A stretch of DNA of 37,932 nucleotides from positions 1-37,932 of the forward strand of contig DATCKT010000300.1 in the NCBI GenBank assembly GCA_036562195.1, given 5' to 3'. A program made the translations under genes and the position numbers. This document shows positions 8,922-16,864 of this stretch, in pieces. This DNA is from Limnochordales bacterium (GTDB lineage Bacteria > Bacillota > Limnochordia > Limnochordales > ZCTH02-B6). Under the pieces are notes generated by a model. That model ran no database searches and was not told where the DNA came from. It worked only from the letters and a program-made list of their open reading frames with translations. The first letter of the stretch is position 1. Each line of letters begins with the position of its first letter.

Positions 8922-9794
8922 ATGGCCAATGCGCCGGTCCAACCGGGAGCCAATGCCCAGGCGCCGGGCGTGAACGTCCCCGCCATCCTGGAACGGCTGG
9001 CGGAGATGTATCCCGACGCCCGTTGCGCGTTGCACTTCACCACTCCCTTTGAGCTGCTGGTGGCGTGCATTCTCTCGGCCCAGTGCACCGACAAGCGGGT
9101 CAACATCGTCACGGCCCGGCTGTTTCCCCGTTGCAACCGGCCGGAGCACTTCGCCGCGATGACGCCGGAGGAGCTGGCGGAGGAGATCCGGGACTGCGGC
9201 CTGTACCGCAGCAAAGCCCGCCACATCGTGGAACTGTCCCAGATCCTCCTCGACCGCTACGACGGGCAGGTGCCCCAGTCCCGGGAGGAACTGATGCAGT
9301 TGCCCGGCGTCGGGCGCAAGACGGCCAACGTGGTGCTCAGCAACGCCTTCGGCCGGCCGGCCATCGCCGTCGACACCCACGTGTTCCGCGTCGCCAACCG
9401 CATCGGGCTGGCCAGCGCCGACGACCCGTTCAAGACGGAACTGCAGCTCATGGACGCCATTCCCGAATCCCTGTGGAGCCAGGCCCACCACTGGCTCATC
9501 CACCACGGCCGCAACCTGTGTTCCGCCCGCAACCCCCGCTGCCACGCCTGCCCCATCCAGCCCTACTGCCGTTACGCCGCCGAGCGGACAGGCACGCCGC
9601 CGGTAGAGGCGGGTACGCCGATGGAGCGGGCGGCTGCTCAGACGGAGCAGGCGGATACTCGGAGGCAGCCGGCGGCTGCGCAGACCGGGGCCAACCGCGC
9701 GTCCCGCCCGGGGAAACCGGCAACCGAGCCCCGGCGCCAGCGGCGAGCGCCGGCCGCCCAAGGCGCCGCCCGTGGGGAGGCCGTCGCGCCGTGA
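8922..9794 (+). CDS. nth: Endonuclease III (Nth) with a ~70-aa Ala/Pro/Arg-rich C-terminal tail
   Basis: The ATG at 8922 follows GGGAGG. Motifs: ELLVACILSAQCTDKRVN, HhH-GPD LPGVGRKTANVVL, DTHVFRVANRIGL, and the 4Fe-4S cluster CSARNPRCHACPIQPYC. The track ORF start at 8796 looks like an upstream over-extension. Confidence 0.9.
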   Translation: MANAPVQPGANAQAPGVNVPAILERLAEMYPDARCALHFTTPFELLVACILSAQCTDKRVNIVTARLFPRCNRPEHFAAMTPEELAEEIRDCGLYRSKARHIVELSQILLDRYDGQVPQSREELMQLPGVGRKTANVVLSNAFGRPAIAVDTHVFRVANRIGLASADDPFKTELQLMDAIPESLWSQAHHWLIHHGRNLCSARNPRCHACPIQPYCRYAAERTGTPPVEAGTPMERAAAQTEQADTRRQPAAAQTGANRASRPGKPATEPRRQRRAPAAQGAARGEAVAP

Positions 9795-10606
9795 ACCCGC
9801 CCAGCGTCTCAAGGCCCCCAGCGCCCCAATTCCCCGGGCTGTTGGCCGGGAAGACGGCCTTAATTACCGGCGGCGCGGGCGGTATTGGAAGCGAGATGTG
9901 CCGCCTGTTCGCCCAAGCCGGAGCGCGGGTGGCGTTTTGCGACATCGACGCCGAGCGGGGCCGCCGGCTGGAGCGGGAGCTGGCGGACGCGGGGACCCCG
10001 GTGCAGTTCATCCTCGCGGACGTGACCAATCCTGAGCAAGTGCGCCGCATGGTGGAGGTGGTGACCGGTGGGGACGGGCCCCTCCACATCCTCGTCAACA
10101 ACGCCGGCATCAGCGGCCGGCCGTTGGGGGACGGGCCGGTCACGGTCTGCCCCGAAGCCACGTGGGAGCGGGTGTTGGCCGTCAACTTGACCGGCCCTTA
10201 CCTGGTGTCCCGCTATGCCGTGCCGGCCATCATCCGGGCCGGCGGAGGCGCCGTCATCCACATCGCCTCCGACGACGCCCTGGTGGGGCCCCTGCCGCCC
10301 CACGACACCCACGCCTACTGCGCCAGCAAAGGCGGGCTGCTGGCCCTCACCAAGGCCATGGCCATCAGCTACGCTCCCCACCGGGTGAGGGTGAACGCCA
10401 TCGCACCGGGCTGGATTGCGTCGCCCATGACGGCGGACCTGTGGCAGGACCCGGCCGTCTACGCGGAGCTGGTTTCCCGCCACCCCATCGGCCGGTTGGG
10501 CACCCCCTACGACATCGCGGCCGCCGCGCTGTTCCTGGCCTCCGACGCCGCTTCCTTCATCACGGGCGTGATCCTGCCCGTCGAGGGCGGAGCCACCAGC
10601 TGGTAA
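9791..10606 (+). CDS. Short-chain dehydrogenase/reductase (SDR family)
   Basis: GTG 9791 overlaps the nth stop (GTGA). Motifs: GKTALITGGAGGIGS, NNAG, catalytic YCASK, PGWIASPM. The 513-aa track ORF from 9065 is an over-extension through nth in another frame. Confidence 0.88.
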   Translation: MNPPSVSRPPAPQFPGLLAGKTALITGGAGGIGSEMCRLFAQAGARVAFCDIDAERGRRLERELADAGTPVQFILADVTNPEQVRRMVEVVTGGDGPLHILVNNAGISGRPLGDGPVTVCPEATWERVLAVNLTGPYLVSRYAVPAIIRAGGGAVIHIASDDALVGPLPPHDTHAYCASKGGLLALTKAMAISYAPHRVRVNAIAPGWIASPMTADLWQDPAVYAELVSRHPIGRLGTPYDIAAAALFLASDAASFITGVILPVEGGATSW

Positions 10607-10745
10607 GTCCCCCAACCGGTAAGTGCCCCGCCCTTCCTCCCCCCAGCCAACGTGCGGGTCGGCTGCGGCGGCGCCAGCCGTCCGGCGCCCGCCCCGGCTC
10701 TTGAACCGCCGCCGGCAAGACGGCGTGCAACCCCACGTCATCCGG

Positions 10746-10923
10746 ATGTCCACAACTCGTCCGTCCCCGGTCATCCACAGGTGTCCCCAGCCCTCAAAAC
10801 GCGTGCGGCCGCAGCAACCCCAGCAGGAACCCCCACGCCCCGGACCGAAGACACGTCGTTGTAGACAATTTGTCCTCAACATGTCCTCGCTTTGTCCACA
10901 ACTTGTCCACAATCTGTGGATAA
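10746..10923. promoter_or_regulatory. DnaA-box-like cluster (one perfect TTATCCACA plus several near-matches), partly in an exact 11-bp phased array
   Basis: ATGTCCACA 10746; TCATCCACA 10771; TTGTCCTCA 10870; ATGTCCTCG 10881; TTGTCCACA 10892; TTGTCCACA 10903; inverted perfect TGTGGATAA 10915-10923. It ends 28 nt before the GerE-like gene. Confidence 0.6.
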
Positions 10924-10950
10924 CTTGCCAGGCGCGGGGGCGGCAGTCCG

Positions 10951-11217
10951 GTGCAGATGGAGATCCGCGGGGTAGAACGGTTGAGTTTCCGGGAACGCCA
11001 GGTGGTGGCGCTCAAAGAAATGGGCCACAGCAACCAGGCCATCGCCCGCCGCTTGGGCGTGTCCCCGGCCACCGTGGCCACGCTGTACAATCGTGCCAAG
11101 AGCAAAGGATACGAGGTGGTTTTGATCCTGAAGGGCGACCCCCTCAACCTGTTCCCGGGCGGTGCTGACGAGGCCGGCGACGAACCCACTCCGCCGGCGC
11201 CCGACGAAACCCAATAG
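10951..11217 (+). CDS. Stand-alone LuxR/GerE-type helix-turn-helix protein (88 aa, no receiver domain)
   Basis: LSFRERQVVALKEMGHSNQAIARRLGVSPATVATLYNRAKSKG matches the GerE/LuxR C-terminal HTH pattern. The C-terminal tail is acidic and Pro-rich. The start is GTG 10951 or ATG 10957. Confidence 0.7.
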   Translation: MQMEIRGVERLSFRERQVVALKEMGHSNQAIARRLGVSPATVATLYNRAKSKGYEVVLILKGDPLNLFPGGADEAGDEPTPPAPDETQ

Positions 11218-11321
11218 GCCCGCTCACCGGAGTGCTCACCCGCGGCCGGGCCGCCCTCACGGGCCCGGCCGCCTCCCACAGCCGTCGTCTCCCCCATGCT
11301 CGCCGCCGGCCGCCGGGGTGG

Positions 11322-11918
11322 CTAGTCCACCACTTCGGCGCCCGCGGCCTGCATTTCGGCGATGGCTTTCGCTTCATCTCCGGGCGCCGCGTTCACCGCC
11401 CGCGAGCCGCTGCGGATCAAGGCGGCCGCGAAGCCGTGGCGCAGCGCGTCGAGGACCGTCGCCCGCACGCAGTAATCGGTCGCCAGGCCCCCGACGTACA
11501 CTTTGCGGACACCCTGCTCCCTGAGCCACCCGGCCAAGTCCACGGCCTCGTTCAGCCCGCCGTCCGCGGCCAAGCGCCCGTCGAAGCCGCTGTACCCTTC
11601 AGCGTGGCTGGTGTACGCCTTGCGGAAGATGACGCCGCGGACCTCCAGGTCTTTGTGGAAATCGGCCCCGGTGGAACCTTGCACGCAGTGCACGGGCCAG
11701 ATGCCGCCCCTATCCTTGAATGAGCAGTGGTCGGACGGGTGCCAGTCCTGCGTGTACACGATGGGCCGCCCCGCAGCCGCGAACCGCCGGATCCACTCGT
11801 TCAGCACCGGGACCACGGCGTCCCCCTCCGCCACGGCCAGCGCCCCGCCGGGGCAAAAATCGTTTTGCACGTCCACCACAATCAGCGCCGCATCCGGTTC
11901 CGGCGTGACGGCTCCCAT
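11322..11918 (-). CDS. pncA: Nicotinamidase/pyrazinamidase (isochorismatase family)
   Basis: ALIVVDVQNDFCPGGALAV..YTQDWHP..HC..GLATDYCV. The Asp-Lys-Cys triad context and the metal-binding DWHP motif are present. Confidence 0.88.
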   Translation of the reverse strand: MGAVTPEPDAALIVVDVQNDFCPGGALAVAEGDAVVPVLNEWIRRFAAAGRPIVYTQDWHPSDHCSFKDRGGIWPVHCVQGSTGADFHKDLEVRGVIFRKAYTSHAEGYSGFDGRLAADGGLNEAVDLAGWLREQGVRKVYVGGLATDYCVRATVLDALRHGFAAALIRSGSRAVNAAPGDEAKAIAEMQAAGAEVVD

Positions 11919-11996
11919 CCTGCAGCCCTCCTCTGGCCAAACGCTTGTGTGGTTACCTTTACTCTACCATCGCGGGCCGGCAGGGGCCAAGGCGGC

Positions 11997-13217
11997 TCAC
12001 GCCCGGGCCAGCCCCAGCGGCAGCTGGCGCAAGAGCACTTTCAGCACCAGCCGGGGGCCGCCTAAGGAGTGAATGTAGCGCCACGTGTTGATGTCTTTCA
12101 GGACCGCCGGGAACCGCCCCGCCATCTTGAAGGGACCGATGCGGGCCAGGCCGACGCCGTGGCCCACGGTGGCCACAACGCCTACGGTGGTGGGTCGATA
12201 GGGCCGCAGCGGACGGCCAACGGCTTGGGCCCAGAGGTTGCGGGCCGCCAGGCGGCCTTGCTGCACCGCGTGCTGTGCGGTGGGCGGCACCGGTTGCCCC
12301 GTTGTCGGATTTATGGCCAAGGCCGCGTCGCCGACCACGTAAACCCGGGAGTCGTCCACCGATTGCAGGTACTCGTTGACGACCGCCCGCCCCCGGGTGC
12401 GGGTGGTGAAACACCGCTCCACCAGCCGGTTGGCCCTCACCCCGCCGCTCCACACAACGGTGCGGGCGGCAATGCGGGTGCCGTCCTGCAGCACGACGGC
12501 GCCGCGTTCCACGGCGCTGATGGGCACTCCCAGCATGAGGTGTACGCCTTTGCGCAGCAGCATATCCACCGCGGCATCGATCAGCGGTTCGTCGAACCCC
12601 GGCAGGATGTCGGGCGCCGCCTCCACCGTGATGATGCGCACTTCATCCCGGGGCACCCGGTGGCGCCGGGCCAATACCGGCAGGTGGTCCGCCAGTTCGC
12701 CGGCGAACTCCACCCCGGTGAAACCGCCGCCGGCGACCACCACGGTGAGGAAGGGACGCCGCTCGGCGGCGGTGGGCAGCTTCGCCGCATGGGCAAACAT
12801 GGCTTCGATGTGCTGCCGGATCACCTCCGCGCTGTTGAGGCTGCTCAACGTCAGGCTGTGCTCGGGCAGTCCGGGGATGGAGAAGTATTCCGGTTCGCTG
12901 CCCAGCGCCACCACCAGCCGGTCGAACTGCAGCACCCGGTGACCGTCCAGCACCACTTGGCTTCCATCGAGGCGGATGTCGGTGACGGTGCCGCGCACGA
13001 TTTCGACGCGGGTGCCGGCGAAGATGTCCCGCAAGGGGATGGCTAACGCCCATAGGCGGCTCGTGCCCGCCGCCGGCCGGTGCAGCTCGGTGATGAGCTG
13101 GTGATGGTCGTCCCGATTGATGAGGCTGATGCGCACGTCTCGGCGGCGGAAACGCCAGTCCAGGTCCAACGCCGCCCGCACCCCGGCGTAGCCCGCGCCC
13201 AGGACGCGGATCTTCAC
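11997..13217 (-). CDS. ndh: Type II NADH dehydrogenase (NDH-2)
   Basis: GTG 13217 follows GGAAGGAGAGGG. Motifs: VKIRVLGAGYAG (FAD GxGxxG), VVVAGGGFTGVEFAGEL (NAD GxGxxG), VYVVGDAA. The upstream 25 codons of the track ORF are unlikely to be coding. Confidence 0.88.
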   Translation of the reverse strand: MKIRVLGAGYAGVRAALDLDWRFRRRDVRISLINRDDHHQLITELHRPAAGTSRLWALAIPLRDIFAGTRVEIVRGTVTDIRLDGSQVVLDGHRVLQFDRLVVALGSEPEYFSIPGLPEHSLTLSSLNSAEVIRQHIEAMFAHAAKLPTAAERRPFLTVVVAGGGFTGVEFAGELADHLPVLARRHRVPRDEVRIITVEAAPDILPGFDEPLIDAAVDMLLRKGVHLMLGVPISAVERGAVVLQDGTRIAARTVVWSGGVRANRLVERCFTTRTRGRAVVNEYLQSVDDSRVYVVGDAALAINPTTGQPVPPTAQHAVQQGRLAARNLWAQAVGRPLRPYRPTTVGVVATVGHGVGLARIGPFKMAGRFPAVLKDINTWRYIHSLGGPRLVLKVLLRQLPLGLARA

Positions 13218-13290
13218 GGGCACCCTCTCCTTCCAGACCGCTCGCCTTCTGGAGTAGTGTGCCCCCTGCGGGCGACACCGCGTCCGGTGC

Positions 13291-13325
13291 AAAAAAAGAG
13301 GCCCGCGCCTACCAAGGCACGGGCC
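13291..13325 (-). terminator. Rho-independent terminator after the small secreted-peptide gene
   Basis: Minus strand: GGCCCGTGCC-TTGGTA-GGCGCGGGCC-TCTTTTTTT. The stem is 10 bp with one G-U pair, followed by a U-run. Confidence 0.75.
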
Positions 13326-13347
13326 GGCGCTTCAGCGATTGCTGCGA

Positions 13348-13563
13348 TTAGCGGCCTCCGGGCAGAGGGTGTACGGGCGATGGTCCGTTGTTGGAGGTGA
13401 CGTAGCCAACTCCACCGTCCTTGCCGGAGTCCGACACCGCCACGGGCGACCCCGAGCCGTCCGCCAAATCGCTGGCGGACGCGGGGGACGCCCCGACCAG
13501 CGCTGCCGACGCCACCGTGGACAGCAACAGGGCGACGATCAGCACCCACAACCAACGACGCAT
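13348..13563 (-). CDS. Small secreted pro-peptide (71 aa), hypothetical
   Basis: Strong SD (GGGGAGG, 8-nt spacing). The N-terminus MRRWLWVLIVALLLSTVASAALVGA looks like a Sec signal peptide with AxA-type sites. The mature part is ~45 aa, Gly/Ser/Pro-rich, ending HPLPGGR. Confidence 0.6.
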   Translation of the reverse strand: MRRWLWVLIVALLLSTVASAALVGASPASASDLADGSGSPVAVSDSGKDGGVGYVTSNNGPSPVHPLPGGR

Positions 13564-13579
13564 GCTCCATTCCTCCCCT

Positions 13580-13603
13580 TATATAAAGTGGTGTTTCCAC
13601 CAC
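13580..13603 (-). terminator. Weak terminator/attenuator hairpin between the TPR-HD-GYP gene and the peptide gene
   Basis: Minus strand: GTGGTG-GAAA-CACCAC followed by TTTATATAA. It is immediately followed by the peptide gene's SD. Confidence 0.4.
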
Positions 13604-13616
13604 GACCCCCCGAGCG

Positions 13617-15161
13617 TCAGGAACGCAACGGGCCGCCAGCCACCACCGACTCTTGGGCCGGATCGTGCATCCGCATGAAGGCGTCGACCAGTCGCGGGTC
13701 CAGGTGCCGGCCGCGGCGGGCGGCGAGCTCCTCCATGGCCACCGTGTGGCCGTGCTCAAGCCCATAGCTCACATAGGTAGCGGCAACGGCAATGATGCGG
13801 GACAACAACGGAATGTCTTCGCCGGCCAGCCCGTCCGGAAAGCCGAGCCCGTCGTAGCGCTCGTGGTGGTGCTTCACCGCCTCGCGGCAGAGGACAGGCA
13901 CCGGGAACAGGCCCAAGATTTTTTCACCAAACAATGGATGGGCCTGCATGCGATCCCTCGCCACGGGCGTCAACCGCTCACTGCGCTGCACAAGCTCAGG
14001 ATCTAGCGACGTCATGCCGATGTCATGAAGCTTGGCCGCGTGCTGCAGGGCCTCCCGCTCCGCGGGCGTCAGTCCGTGCAAATCGCCGAGCCGCAGGGCG
14101 TAGCGGCCGGTAAGCTCCGCCTTCTGGCGCATGTCCGGGTACAGGCTTTCGATAGAATCCAACAGGTCCAACAGGGTCGTAAAGTACCGCAACCGTTCCT
14201 TGGACTCCGGGTGAATCGTGGCCGCGGCGGCGTTCACCCACCCTTGGCCATTGCCCCGCTGCCGCACCAACTCATCCAGCTGCCGGTTGACGCGGGACCA
14301 CTCGTGCCACAGGGACGATTGGGCAAAGTAGGTGCTCGCCCGTTGCAGATCCATCAGCGCCGTGTGGCGGTCACCGGTGGCCAAGGCGATGGACCCGAAC
14401 AGCTCACTGACCCGGGCCACCTCGGACTTGTGCATGGTCACGACGTTGGACCACAGCACCCGCAGCGCTTCGCTGCCGTAGTAGGCCGCTTGGTTGAGGT
14501 CGCCCATCAGGTAATGTAAGCGCCCGAGTTCACAATACGTGTACCCGAGCTCTTCGTCCATTTCAAGTTTTTCTAACAGTTCCCGCGCGGATTCCAAATG
14601 GTGGCGGGCAGAACTGAAATCTCCCCGTTCAAGATAGGTCAGGCCGACATTGGACGTAAGCTGTGCGATCCGCGCCGCGTGCGCCGTCTTGTCCAAAAGC
14701 GAGAGGGCCCGGTGAGCGGCCGCCTCGGCTTCCAACCACTGCTCCAGCGCCAACCAGATATTGCAGGCGATATGCTCTACGTGCGCCCACAGCTGCGGCT
14801 CCACGTCCGCGGCGTAACGCTGGGCGACCCGCAAGTACCGCTGGGCATCCTCCATTCGCCCCATATGGTAGCACGCCAGCGCCAAGTTGCTCATGACCTT
14901 GACGTGGTCCGAAGGCTCGCTGACGGCGCCTGTGTCAAGCACGGCATGGGCTTGTTCCCACAGGGCATGGGCTTGACGGACACGTCCGAGTTCGAACTGG
15001 ACGCAGCCGAGGGCGTTCAGGCTGCGCAGCTCGGCGACCTTGTCGCCAGCGCGCCGCGCCTCCCCCAACCAGCTGTTCCAGCTCTCCAGCGCCAAGAGAT
15101 ATAGGCCGCGCTCCCAGGCCCACAGACCCCGCGCTTGCAGATCGCCGCTCCCACAGGGCAT
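13617..15161 (-). CDS. Cytoplasmic TPR-repeat protein with a C-terminal HD-GYP domain (putative c-di-GMP phosphodiesterase)
   Basis: GGGAGG SD. The N-terminal ~330 aa hold at least six TPR-like units (e.g. LTSNVGLTYLERGDFSSARHHLESARELLE, LGYTYCELGRLHYLMGDLNQAAYYGSEAL). The C-terminus has AAKLHDIGM (HD) and HHERYDGLGFPDGL (the HHExxDGxGYP-type motif, here GFP). There is no signal peptide or TM helix. Confidence 0.85.
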   Translation of the reverse strand: MPCGSGDLQARGLWAWERGLYLLALESWNSWLGEARRAGDKVAELRSLNALGCVQFELGRVRQAHALWEQAHAVLDTGAVSEPSDHVKVMSNLALACYHMGRMEDAQRYLRVAQRYAADVEPQLWAHVEHIACNIWLALEQWLEAEAAAHRALSLLDKTAHAARIAQLTSNVGLTYLERGDFSSARHHLESARELLEKLEMDEELGYTYCELGRLHYLMGDLNQAAYYGSEALRVLWSNVVTMHKSEVARVSELFGSIALATGDRHTALMDLQRASTYFAQSSLWHEWSRVNRQLDELVRQRGNGQGWVNAAAATIHPESKERLRYFTTLLDLLDSIESLYPDMRQKAELTGRYALRLGDLHGLTPAEREALQHAAKLHDIGMTSLDPELVQRSERLTPVARDRMQAHPLFGEKILGLFPVPVLCREAVKHHHERYDGLGFPDGLAGEDIPLLSRIIAVAATYVSYGLEHGHTVAMEELAARRGRHLDPRLVDAFMRMHDPAQESVVAGGPLRS

Positions 15162-15200
15162 CGGGATCCTCCCTCACCGCCACAACAGCCACCGCCTGTC

Positions 15201-15231
15201 CAGGCCGTTCGGGCAGCTAGACAGGCCGTTC
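15201..15231. repeat. Two exact 10-bp direct repeats CAGGCCGTTC, 21 bp apart start to start, in the TPR-HD-GYP upstream region
   Basis: The repeats lie at 15201-15210 and 15222-15231, which is 40-70 nt upstream of the ATG at 15161. Confidence 0.6.
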
Positions 15232-15418
15232 AGCCTGCACACGTTCCCCCCGCGAGCCTGACCATCGTCGACCGTTGTCATTTCCTCAATCCTCATCCGC
15301 CTACTCTCCGCAGGGCTCACCAGGTGCCTTCGCGCGCCCGCGAGCCCCCAGCGGCAAAGCGAATCTGACCCAACAATGCCGACAATTCAGCTTATTGAAC
15401 CACCAGAACCCCACACGG

Positions 15419-16123
15419 TTAGGCTTGCGGGTTAGGTTCTCCGTCTTTGGCTGGCTTCCTGCTACCTTCCGGCACAAAATTTTCCTGCACAGGAATCCCA
15501 AAACGAACCGTCGTCCCGCGCCCGGGCGCCGAATCCAACTGCAGCCATCCGCCCAAGAGTTGCAGCCGTTCCCGCATGCCCTGCAGGCCAAACCGGCTGC
15601 TTGAGCGTTCTACCAGCTGGGGATCAAACCCGCGGCCGTCGTCGCGCACCTCGGCCCTCAGCTCCCGGTCGGTGCGCTCCACCACCACCTGGACGCGCCG
15701 CGCGCCGGAGTGCTTGCTGGCGTTGTTGAGGCACTCCTGCACCAGCCGGTAGGCGGCCAACTCCACGTGGGGCGCGAAGCGCCCCAACCGTTCTGAACAC
15801 TGCAGTTCCACGACCATGCCCGAGCGCTCCTGAAAATCGGCCACGTAGTGCCGCAGCGCCTCGGCCAAACCTTTTTCGTCCACCACCAGCGGGCGCAGGT
15901 CAGCGATGACTTGGCGGATGTCCCGCAAGCTGGCCCGCAACAACTCCTTTAGCCGGCCCAGTTCCTCCTTGGCCCGGGCCGGATCGCTGTCCATCAGGCG
16001 CTCGCAGATCTCCACCCGCAACACAAGGTTCGCCAGGGTTTGGGCGGCACCGTCATGGAGTTCCCTGGCCACCCGGCGGCGTTCGTCTTCCTGCGCCCGG
16101 ATAACCGTGAGGGCGTCCGTCAC
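15419..16123 (-). CDS. Soluble histidine kinase, HisKA_3 (DegS/NarL-partner type) + HATPase_c, with no sensor domain
   Basis: H-box ERRRVARELHDGAAQTL begins at residue ~13. N-box ECLNNASKH; G-boxes DDGRGF and GLQGMRERL. GTG 16123 lies 18 nt after the moaDE stop, with a GGAAGGAAGGG SD. Confidence 0.85.
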   Translation of the reverse strand: MTDALTVIRAQEDERRRVARELHDGAAQTLANLVLRVEICERLMDSDPARAKEELGRLKELLRASLRDIRQVIADLRPLVVDEKGLAEALRHYVADFQERSGMVVELQCSERLGRFAPHVELAAYRLVQECLNNASKHSGARRVQVVVERTDRELRAEVRDDGRGFDPQLVERSSSRFGLQGMRERLQLLGGWLQLDSAPGRGTTVRFGIPVQENFVPEGSRKPAKDGEPNPQA

Positions 16124-16141
16124 TGCCGGACCCTTCCTTCC

Positions 16142-16828
16142 TCAAGGCCCCGACTGCGGGCCCACCCACTCCTCACCGTCTTCCCAGCGCTCCTTTTTCC
16201 AGATGGGGACAATCTCTTTCAGGCGGTCAATGGCGTAGCGGGCCGCCGCAAACGCGTCGCCCCGGTGCGGCGCCGCCGCGGCCACAACGACGCTGGCCTC
16301 CCCAATGGCCAACGTCCCCACCCGGTGGCTGATGGCCAAGCGCGCCGCCGGCCATCGCTGGGCCACCTCTTGGCCGATGCGGCCCATCTCCCGCACCGCC
16401 ATCTCTCGATATGCTTCATACTCCAGATGGATCGTGCGCCGCTCGCCGGTGAACTCCCGCACCACCCCGACGAACAGCACAACGGCACCGGCGCGCGGGT
16501 TGTTGACCTTGGCCAATACCGCGTCCGCGGAGAGCGGGCCCTCTACGATCTCAAAGGCCGCCGGTGCCGCGGGTGGTTCCTCCAGCCCGCCGCTCACGGG
16601 CGGCAGAAAGGCAACCTCGTCCCCATTCCCGAGCGGCGTCTGCCAGGTGGCGTAACAGAGGTTTACAGCCACCAACACCCTGCTTTGAAAGCGCTCCGCT
16701 TGGGGGTGCGCCTGCACCAGCCTGTCCCACGCGGTGCGAACCGTCGCGCCCGGCGGCAGTTCCAAGGTTACCGCCTTGACGCCCAAGGCTTCAGCCAAAG
16801 CCGCGAAGGTGCGCACCGTCACCTGCAC
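16142..16828 (-). CDS. Molybdopterin synthase MoaD-MoaE fusion protein
   Basis: Residues 1-81 are a complete MoaD ending ..GDEVAFLPPVSGG (the GG codons are at 16591..16586). After a short linker comes MoaE (GAVVLFVGVVREF..LEYEAY..RLAISHRVG.L.IGE..V.VA.AA.HR..AF.A....ID.LK...PIWKKE). Confidence 0.88.
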   Translation of the reverse strand: MQVTVRTFAALAEALGVKAVTLELPPGATVRTAWDRLVQAHPQAERFQSRVLVAVNLCYATWQTPLGNGDEVAFLPPVSGGLEEPPAAPAAFEIVEGPLSADAVLAKVNNPRAGAVVLFVGVVREFTGERRTIHLEYEAYREMAVREMGRIGQEVAQRWPAARLAISHRVGTLAIGEASVVVAAAAPHRGDAFAAARYAIDRLKEIVPIWKKERWEDGEEWVGPQSGP

Positions 16829-16864
16829 ACCGCTGGCCCCCTTTTGGCGCCGTATCGGCGCCCG

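Noticed and set aside
8598-9812. A 404-aa minus-strand ORF
   Set aside because: It is antisense to nth, which has clear HhH-GPD and 4Fe-4S motifs, and it has shadow composition.
10746-10923. The DnaA-box cluster as the chromosomal origin (oriC)
   Set aside because: No dnaA/dnaN genes flank it, there is no AT-rich unwinding element or DnaA-trio-like run next to the boxes, and the surroundings are ~70% GC. I kept it as a non-origin DnaA-box cluster or promoter element instead.
11242-11272. GC-rich perfect palindromes without U-tracts (11242-11272; also 26552-26578 in the prkA leader and ~31291-31312)
   Set aside because: They form strong stems, but no T-run follows on either strand, and such palindromes are frequent in very GC-rich DNA. 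I do not call them terminators or regulatory elements.
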